Part shown: one piece after another, positions 55,401-64,000 of the stretch
Layout of the letters: every line of letters begins with the position of its first letter
Numbering within the stretch: position 1 is the stretch's first letter
From: Catajapyx aquilonaris
Taxonomy: Eukaryota
Direction: 5' to 3'
Length of the DNA stretch: 64,000 bases
Assembly (NCBI GenBank): GCA_000934665.2
Contig: KZ538615.1
Span: 1 to 64,000, forward strand
Program-made: the position numbers and the translations under genes
The notes under the pieces: generated by a model
Database searches by the model: none
Seen by the model: only the letters and a program-made list of their open reading frames with translations
Told to the model about the DNA's origin: nothing

Positions 55401-58400
55401 CTGGAAGAGTTATTCCGACGTCACCTCACGACCTTCCTCAAGAAGCTACGCTAAGCATTTTCTATTTAGACTAGTGTGCTAGGGGTCTAATCGAAGTTTC
55501 TCTCATTGCACGCAGCCTGTATCCTATACTTCTACAGCAAACATCAAATAATAATGTATAACAACCAGTAACATTATATCTATATACTTGTAATATTCTC
55601 CAAACACATACACATACAAAGTTTACAAAAAGCATCCCTGAATGTAATATTCAAAATTACTGTGCAATTTCCTGAGGGTAGAAATAAAATCCGACGCCCT
55701 TGATGACGTTGATCCTTGAAATTTGCAACCCCAACTACACTCCTGTTCATGCAAGTGCGGCTCGTTATCAGTATGCATATGTCGCTATCCAGTTCAGCTG
55801 CTAACATCTTGTGTAACCCGATCCAAATATGGCCGTGTAATGGCACCTGTGCTCCTGCATGCCATGTCCTTCTGAAAGAGAGAGCCTCATATCCTTCAAA
55901 CACTGTTTGCAGCACCCCCCACATAAACATACAATCCACCTGTCAGGACGGTTCCGCAATTCACGTTCAAGACTACGTGCCTATTTCTGTCCTCGACTAC
56001 AATGGCATGACGATGCTGCGCCGGCTTAAGACATGTGTACATTTGTGGGTCATGAGGTTAGAGTGGTAGATGGCCGCATGGCCACTGTATGATGGCATGG
56101 AGCCAGCCGCACTGCGGAAAGGGTTCGATAGTGCCTACTGCCCCATTTCTCGTACTTCCTCGTACCCTGTGTTAGTCGCGCATCGACGAACTCCGGTTCG
56201 AACTGAGGACTCCGGGACAGACACCGCTCGCGCATTAGGGCTCGCGAATACCCGACAGCGCCGGCCATGGCGTCAATTCGCGGTTCCATTTACGTCGCGA
56301 ATCCCCCCCGACATTGGACACCTCTTTTAGATGAAGGACTCTCGTATGTACCTCCAGACGTCACTGTCGGGTGACATTTTCGTGGATATGATGCCCTAGC
56401 ATGACCTCATGGCAAAAACGCGACGTAACCACGTGAAATCCCCACGAGTGTGCGCGAGTGAACTTTAGGACATGTGACGTCAGCAACGGATGCAAATAGC
56501 TTCGTCTGCTGCAAAGACGAGCAAAATAATTACAGCCACGGCTTCCGCTTCAGCACATACAGACCTTTGGAAAAGTGCCGACCAAACGACCGCAGCCGAG
56601 AGAAGAAAAGAAAAAGAAAATTTCTAGGCACCGCACGCACACTAGTGTAATAACAGCGGGCTTCGACGTCTCCAACAATATTTACCCAACATGCCTTTTC
56701 GCAAATTGAAACACTGCATCGATCTTCATATATGTAAACTATGCCCATAAAACACCCTGCTAGAAGGAAGTTTTTTCAACAACACAACGTCCTATCCGTA
56801 GACCCTAATAAGTAATAACCATCGACGTGCCCCCATTACCGCGTACAATTTCGCGATACTGATGTATGCATTTAGGTACCTTCACAATGTCGCGAGAAAC
56901 GTCTTCTTGCCACGCTTTTTGGCAAAGAGTCGCACCCTATTGGCTCAAATTGGGTGCAACTCGCTGCCCAAAATCGTGCATTAAGGGCTTGTGAACATAC
57001 CTTTATGCACTGCTTCAATGCAATTACTAGGCGATTATTGAAGAACACGTCCACTTCTAGTCGGCTTTTGAAGTTATCGATTGCCTATCAGATCCAATTA
57101 TGATTACAAATAAGATTACTTCCGTTAGTCACACTTGCGGAAAATCCCTTCCTCCTCCGAAAATAATCCCCCCCGCAATTTGGTCCAGGAAATATTCCGA
57201 TTATGCCTGAGACAATGGCAGCCTTGCTCAGATGAAGTGTTCGACACGGAACAGTAGGCCTATAATATACTGTTTAGACCAGTGTCCATTAGGTGTAGGA
57301 TTAGAGTATCTGTGTGCCCCAGCCATTACCGCCGGGGACAGCACTTGTCCACAGGCTATGGTGCCGCTGTTCATCAGACACGCTTTAATAGACGAAGAGT
57401 AGTGCACATGTGTAGATAATTGGATCTAACAAGTTGTGCTCGGCTCTGCCTGCTGAAAGGGCCCATATAGTTCTCTCTCTCCAACGGATTCGTAGTGCCG
57501 GCCAATATTGGCCGGCATATACCGGTGAGACATTATGCAACGGGTAAACCTCCGCATTCAGCAGTCATGTGGCAGGCACATGCTCGAAAGACCAGAAAGA
57601 AATAAACTTTCACCTTAATCGCCTAAATAAATAACCCTGGCCCATAAAGCGGATTATTCCGGTTTTACTGTATATATAATGTTCGATGGCCTACAAACTT
57701 TTCTCGTAAATGACATCAGCCCCGGAAATTTACTTCCACGGACAACAAACCAGGTGATCATTTAATTTTGTGTGTTGACATCCCTTCAGGCAGATTCAAT
57801 TCCCCCGTTCCAGCAGACAAGCAACACCTTCGCTCCTACGCTATTTTTCCCCCCTGGACCTTCCGTACAACCGGTATCAAAATACTGGCACCGGACATAC
57901 CCGTCTGTGACACTAACTCCTGACAGCCATTCTATTTGAAACTGCATTACAGTACATGAGGACAGTCGCTATCAGTTTCCGGCAGACGGACATCAATTTA
58001 TGGGGTCCCTTATCCCCCCCCCGTTCTACCCCCAAAATCAACCCCTAGTGCCCGTGGCCCTTTGGCATTTCGGCTCCGGGCCCAATCCAACCCCCATACC
58101 CCAAAACTCCCAGCCCGCCCACACTTGGAATTAGGCCCGCCTGCCCGTGCCACCCAAGAGCCAAGACTATCCAAAAATCCCACGTTCCCCCAATTTCATG
58201 AAGGTCAGCCCGTGACAATAAACCCGGTCCTAAGATAAGCCCGCTCTAAAACTGATTCCCCAAGTGGCCACCACGCATCTCCAGAGGGCGTGCGTGCCGA
58301 TAAGACCACACTTTGCTACACCCAGGCTCTGAATTAATTAATCACCCTCCCCCCACCCCCCTCTGGATATCACCGGCAGTGTCCCTTTATTTCCAAGCCT

Positions 58401-58693
58401 GCCCCAGGCAGCCCAGCAGCCGCCATATCGATTTCTGGCGGGAAGCCTAGTCCGCTATGGACCACTCCACTGCCGAAAAGGGGTAAGGCGCAAAAGGGGG
58501 TCTATGGGTTACCGACGAGGGGGTGGCCCCATAAAAAAAAATCAGGCCATCCCAATTATTTGCGATCTAATTTACACCGCGAGTGAGGCCCGCACGCGCC
58601 GCCATCCCTGATTACATATTCCCCCAGCTGATTTTATTTCCGCAGGTGCAAAAACCCGGTACGTTAGACGTGATCGAGACACCGCGAATTCCT

Positions 58694-58959
58694 GGGGCAA
58701 ACTGCGGTGCATATTACATAAACAGGCTGATAAAAAAAATATTGAGCACTTATCACTCCATATCTCCCTAAATCCGCCGCATTACGTCACATACAAATCG
58801 CGTTACATATACCCCGGTAGCCCCCCCNGGGGCAAACTGCGGTGCATATTACATAAACAGGCTGATAAAAAAAATATTGAGCACTTATCACTCCATATCT
58901 CCCTAAATCCGCCGCATTACGTCACATACAAATCGCGTTACATACCCCGGTAGCCCCCC
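58694..58959. repeat. ~133-bp direct duplication across a single N; probable assembly overlap
   Basis: Copies 58694-58827 and 58829-58959 are identical except for a 2-nt indel and C-run length, and are joined by n at 58828. Confidence 0.85.
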
Positions 58960-61900
58960 TGCAAATCATATGGTACCCCCTGAAAAAAAATCCCCGCCGA
59001 ATTACCGGATTAATAACTAATTAAAACCCCCTCGGTTATGAGTATGGCCCCAACTGACCCAGCAACAGACACCAGTGATCGAGAGAGGATGCAGTCACGT
59101 GACGTCACCGATCCGACACATAAATCGCCAATCCCTGGCTAATCAGTCGGGAGGCCATTTCCCAGGCACGGAATGAATTTGCATGCACGACCTCCACATT
59201 GCCTTCAAACATGTCGNGGGGGGGGGGGTATAGGGATGGGGATAGTGGAGGGAAGGAGAGAGCCGACCTTGCCCACCAATATACGTACATATCAAATTTC
59301 ATAAGGCTGTTGCATAACCTCCATCTATATAGGAAAGGGGGGGACCATGCATTATACTTCTCATGCAGCTTCCTCACGTCACTTTGTGTTTCGCAAGATG
59401 TCGATTTTCGTTTCGGTCCTGTAACCGCAATTTTAGAAAATTTTCACACAGAATATAAAAAATGAAACATTCCGATTTTTGGCAACACAATTTAGGTCGA
59501 GTCGCATCGTTGCAGCAAGAATCGCGCCAAAATTTCAGAATCCGTCATCTCCCGCCAGAAAAAAAAAAACGGCAGCCAAGAATCCCACAAGGGAAACAAT
59601 GCAACTGCACAAAAATTTCGTTTCGAATGCCCCACGACTGTAGACCTCCGCCATCTCTCATTTTTTTGTCGTCTTATCTTGGCTACTTTTTGCATGCGAC
59701 TTGCGAAAATAGTCAGAGACGAACCCCCCCCCCCCCCCTCCAATCCCCCTCTTCTTTCCTCCCTCATTACCACCCACTCTCCATGTGCCTACCTTGAGCA
59801 TCCAAGAAGAGGACCGAAATACTCTTGGCTCTAGGATAGGGCCCGACTCTTGTTCTTTCCCAGCTGGAATTGGGCCACATTTTGTAACTACTGCTACGAT
59901 GACTTTTATTACAGCACTTGCTTCCACAATGCGGTACCGGCTAGCTTGTGTAATTGTAAACCTGGGCGTGGCTACCCCCTAAGTATAGAAGTGGAAAACG
60001 CGGCCTTTTCTTTTCCATACATCTCCCCCTGCGCCTTGGGATACTTGAAATATACTGCACACTTTGCAATTGTACGGGATCCCACACCTTGAGAAAATAT
60101 GTTGCATCACGTTCCTTTGCGGGTCTGAGGTAGATAATTTTAGATACACTGACATTCATCGCCATATGGTGGTGTATCCTTTTGCTTGGATGAGACGTGT
60201 GGTCTCCAACCGACAGAACCGCACACATCCGTCAGCAGTGATGACGTATTATATGCGAATATAGAACTCTATTATTGAATGTGAATAACATTCATATTCA
60301 AAATAATATTGCATACAGTACACAATGTAACATCTAGCAACAATCTTCCTCCATCCCCAGTTTTTTTTTTTTTTTGTAAAGTGGCTCACAATAAACGAGA
60401 ACTTTCCCAAATTTTTAATTCCTGGAATGGATAGGAGAAGGGAAAAAAATCTTGATGAATAACGAAAGAAAAATTATGAAGCTTCTTGCCGGCGTGTTTA
60501 CAATAGCTACAAACTTTTTCTCGCTGCTGATTAGAAAATGAAAACGAATCAGTACTGTAATGAGATAATAAGGGAAAAAAGCCCGCTCACAAACTTTCCT
60601 AAATTCGTGGAGTTTAAATCGCGAGCTGAAGAGAACCTCATGAGCATTAATCTATTGTTCAGCAATGTAAGCGCCCAGGCTAGCTCTCGAGTCTTATCGA
60701 TGTCTTTTGTCGCAAATTCAACACCAAACGGAAACAGATATTTCGAAACCAGAATATAACTTCTATCTACTGCATAGAGTAAATAAAACAGTCATTTCTA
60801 AACTTAGTACCACACTCAATGGAGGTGTTTTATAATGAGGCAGAAAAATGGTTCTAGCGTGCGGCCTTGTGTGCATATTGTATGGATTATACATGCCGAA
60901 AAGCACAGTAACTGTCACTGTTCATACCACTATGAAAACAAGCTCAGTTAAGAACCAATATATGGAATGGGGCCAAAAATGTACATTTGGCCCGCCTCAC
61001 TGGTGATCACACTTCGGTTAGCACTCTCTTAAGTGATGAGCGAACTTAATAAATCTTCCTGGCTCAGGCGTCAAATTACATTTGTTGACACAGCATCGCA
61101 TCAATCCAACATAAATGACATTAATTTCGAAGATACCGTGTACTGCATTTTCTACTCATGCATATCAGATGCCTATACTGACAAAGGCGCTCTTCGTATT
61201 ACACCCTGAAACATCAATTTCTACATCATATTACCCCACATTTCCACTATACCCTTCACCGCAAATGTTTCCTCATATCTTCATTGAGTATGCAAAAAAT
61301 GTCGTGTTCCACTAGTAAAACCTTGGCAATGCTCCCCTCCCCCACAATCTCTAAAAAAACAAAAAAAAAGAAAAAACACATTTTCCCAGCTATGAGAACG
61401 ACTTCTGAAAATTCCCTTCCCCGGTGCAGGAAGCCTTCCCACATTATTCATCCAACACGTAATCATTTCACCGCGATCATCTTCCTTCAGACGTTCAGAA
61501 AAATGGCAGCAGTCTGAGGTCCGGAGAAACAGATATCATATCTGCGCCACACAGGATATTACCTAACTCTCAAGTGGTAATCACATTCCTGCTGACCGTG
61601 ATTGCCTTCCTTGAAAGCGATAAATGAACAACCAGCTACGGCCAGTTCGAGAAACAGCCCTCCCGCATAACAAGTCCTCTCGTCTCTTGATAATAATCGT
61701 TCCTCAACATTCGGGGTCAAGGAACACGTCCTCCCAAACGTGTCTTACCTGTCGACAGACCTGCATGGCTGTTACATCAACATGTTTGCTTAAGTTGTGA
61801 AAGCGTGTGTATAGTCCCCACACAACCTGACAGTTCGTTCCCAAGTACATCCTGGTAATACGGCTACCCTCACAACACTTCCGAAAATCTGTGAAAGTCC

Positions 61901-63389
61901 AAGCTGATACGAAGAATCACGGACAAAGTGTTTCTATTGGCACCTTTTCCTACACACAATCGTCCAGATCAGTACGATATAACTTCCCACTTGATAACGA
62001 CTTGAACCTTGCTATATCTCCAGAACTCCCAAGGGGCATACCGCCATGCAATAAAAGTTGCCGCCAGACCACAGGAAACCCATGTCAATAACCAAAATCA
62101 GTCCAATCAGTCCCCAATAGCCTCGCGCTATAATTAAGTGCCTAACGAGTTGGTTAGGAAGCGATGTGGCAAATAAGGCACGTCTCTGATGTCGGCGACA
62201 AAAATTAAGGGGCTTCTTCGGAGCTCTATTCAGATGAAGGTCGAGTGGAGGGCAATACGGCCTCTAGCATCAGGGTTCTCCATTCAAATAAATGGGAGCG
62301 TTTTCTAGCACAAACTAATTTGGCGCAAACTTTACTGGATTGCAAGGGACGTGGGCGGAAAAGTGCAAACAAATGCGGGTAGATTGCTTCTTTGCCGCTT
62401 TCTTTTTACCTCCCCATGTTATTGCGTTCAGAATCGAGTCTAATTTTGGCTATAAGCCATCCAATCCCGGGTTTATCACGTCAAAGCTTTCTTTCCTCGC
62501 CTGAAAAACATGATGAAGCGAATAAAAATGTCGGTGTATATGGTGCACTTTTGGTGTCAATATCCTTCATAACGCATTGTTGTTATGGCAGGCTATATCG
62601 CTATGATTATGATAATCTTACCCAAGCCTGTGCTGCACAATTTTTTATCAAAATAAGAAACTACACATTGATTAATGGCACTAACTTGCCAGTTGACTAT
62701 TCCAGGCTATTCCCGCCAAAATGCAAATAACCAAACGAAGTACTGAACATTTTTTTTACCGGGCCATTAGCGTTCCTGCACATGATATCTGAAGGCATGC
62801 CTGACAAACTTAATTTCTTGTCATGCGTGTGGTTTTGGATTGGTCCCAACAATAGCCCTCAATGTTATAAGTACTCGTTAATTTTTAATGCGCTCTTAGT
62901 ACTGACGCAGGGCACCATTGCATTGTTCTGAGGTTTATTAAGGGATACAGTAATTATTCCCAATGTGGTGAGTCATGAGGAGAGGTAAAAATGCTGTTAT
63001 TCCAAGTTCTGGCCTCAATAACAACATTAGCCATGTATGACTATCTATTATGTATATAGTTGCACCCTTATTAATTAACAGGGGAGCGCGGCATTCCTGA
63101 TGACAATAATATGTTGTGAACTGTGGCCAGGACTTTCTACCTGCGTGATTATATCGGCTCATTGTAGTTTTAAAAAATCAAGTACTTGATGATTTACATG
63201 TCATTTCATACCAATTTCTTCCTGAAGCACAGTGTCTATAGATGTAGAGCTGGTACATTACATAGCACTTCATGAATGCCCCGAATGAGTTAACAGCTAA
63301 TTGTACAGATCGTTGCAACAACAAACACCAGTAATTGACAAGACCTAGTTCGTTGAGAGCGGAATATCGCAGCGCAACCGCTATTCAGT

Positions 63390-63610
63390 GGCTGCAGTGT
63401 CAGAACTGCCGTTCTCTGATGTTCCTGACAGAGACCATCACCCTAGGGACTATTCAGCAGCGCTGTCATAAAGGAAAAGTCACATTGTCTCCATCACTAG
63501 ACGTCCCCAGGATTTTCTCAGGAATGTTCAACAGCGAAAACAAGCAGGCTTTTTATTGTGCCAGCTCACGCTGTAGGATTCCGCTTACAACCTGGCAATT
63601 TCTCGAAACG
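63390..63610 (+). mobile_element. Degenerate Helitron Rep N-terminal fragment
   Basis: CQNCRSLMFLTE...RCHKGKVTL resembles the Helitron CxxCxA.xF..E...CC..GKV.L motif. A frameshifted AYNLAIS follows, resembling IRxYNxxxAF. Confidence 0.45.
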
Positions 63611-64000
63611 AATAAGCACCTTGGACTGATCTCTGATTATGTGAAGCTACTATCAATATTACCACTGCAATCTCTGCCGCAGACCAATGTTCCCAATTCT
63701 GATATTCCCACGGACAGTATCTGTCTGGTTTTAGTTGAGAAGCGTAACTGACATTACTAGTACTGTAAGGAGAATGGATTGGGACAAAGTGTCCACGTAT
63801 TGTCGAGTCATATTTCCAACAACGCAAGGTTCCAAAAATTAAGGCTCATTTCCCGAAGACCCATACATTTGTCCTGGCTGATGTTCGTCTGTGAAACTGC
63901 AAAAACCAAACACTTTTATTCATAAACTCACGCCAGCAGTCCTATGCTAAAATATTATGTGTAAAGTACTGCAGCTGCAGGGATATACTGAACTGCAGTG

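Noticed and set aside
56180..56260. GTTCGAACC B-box suggesting a tRNA gene
   Set aside because: I could not build a cloverleaf; the other tRNA-like heads in the window belong to SINEs.
57901..57930. ATG GCT GTC AGG AGT (MAVRS), resembling the Drosophila Atpalpha start
   Set aside because: An in-frame TAG precedes the nearest donor.
58694..58959. Tandem 133-bp duplication as a biological repeat
   Set aside because: Joined by a single N and differing by a 2-nt indel; most likely two alleles overlapped at a scaffold join. The other Ns (8564-8582, 16240, 41940, 59217) also sit at G/C homopolymers.

Overview
Eukaryotic (arthropod-like) genomic DNA; every recognisable gene is on the minus strand. 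In transcription order: (1) a Na+/K+-ATPase alpha-subunit gene (CDS 47962->23971, ~1039 aa, probable promoter ~49.2-49.4 kb, 3' UTR possibly ~3.2 kb); (2) a two-exon TRMT6/GCD10 gene (500 aa); (3) two tandem, divergent ionotropic-receptor (IR) genes; (4) a possible unidentified transcript starting near 4.7 kb. The most interesting system is in the Na,K-ATPase. It has two clusters of duplicated, probably mutually exclusive exons: two 114-nt TM2 exons and three 95-nt end-of-M6/L6-7 exons. The introns carry what look like competing docking-site/selector RNA pairings that could choose between them. There is also an 81-nt N-terminal cassette candidate, tandem donors after the ATG and a candidate poison/bridge exon. 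The rest holds piggyBac, mariner, Tc1-type and PIF/Harbinger MITEs, tRNA-derived SINEs, a Helitron relic, a sharp CpG-depleted/CpG-rich transition at the ATPase promoter and a few assembly artefacts. All gene models were built by eye from translation and GT-AG sites, without RNA data.
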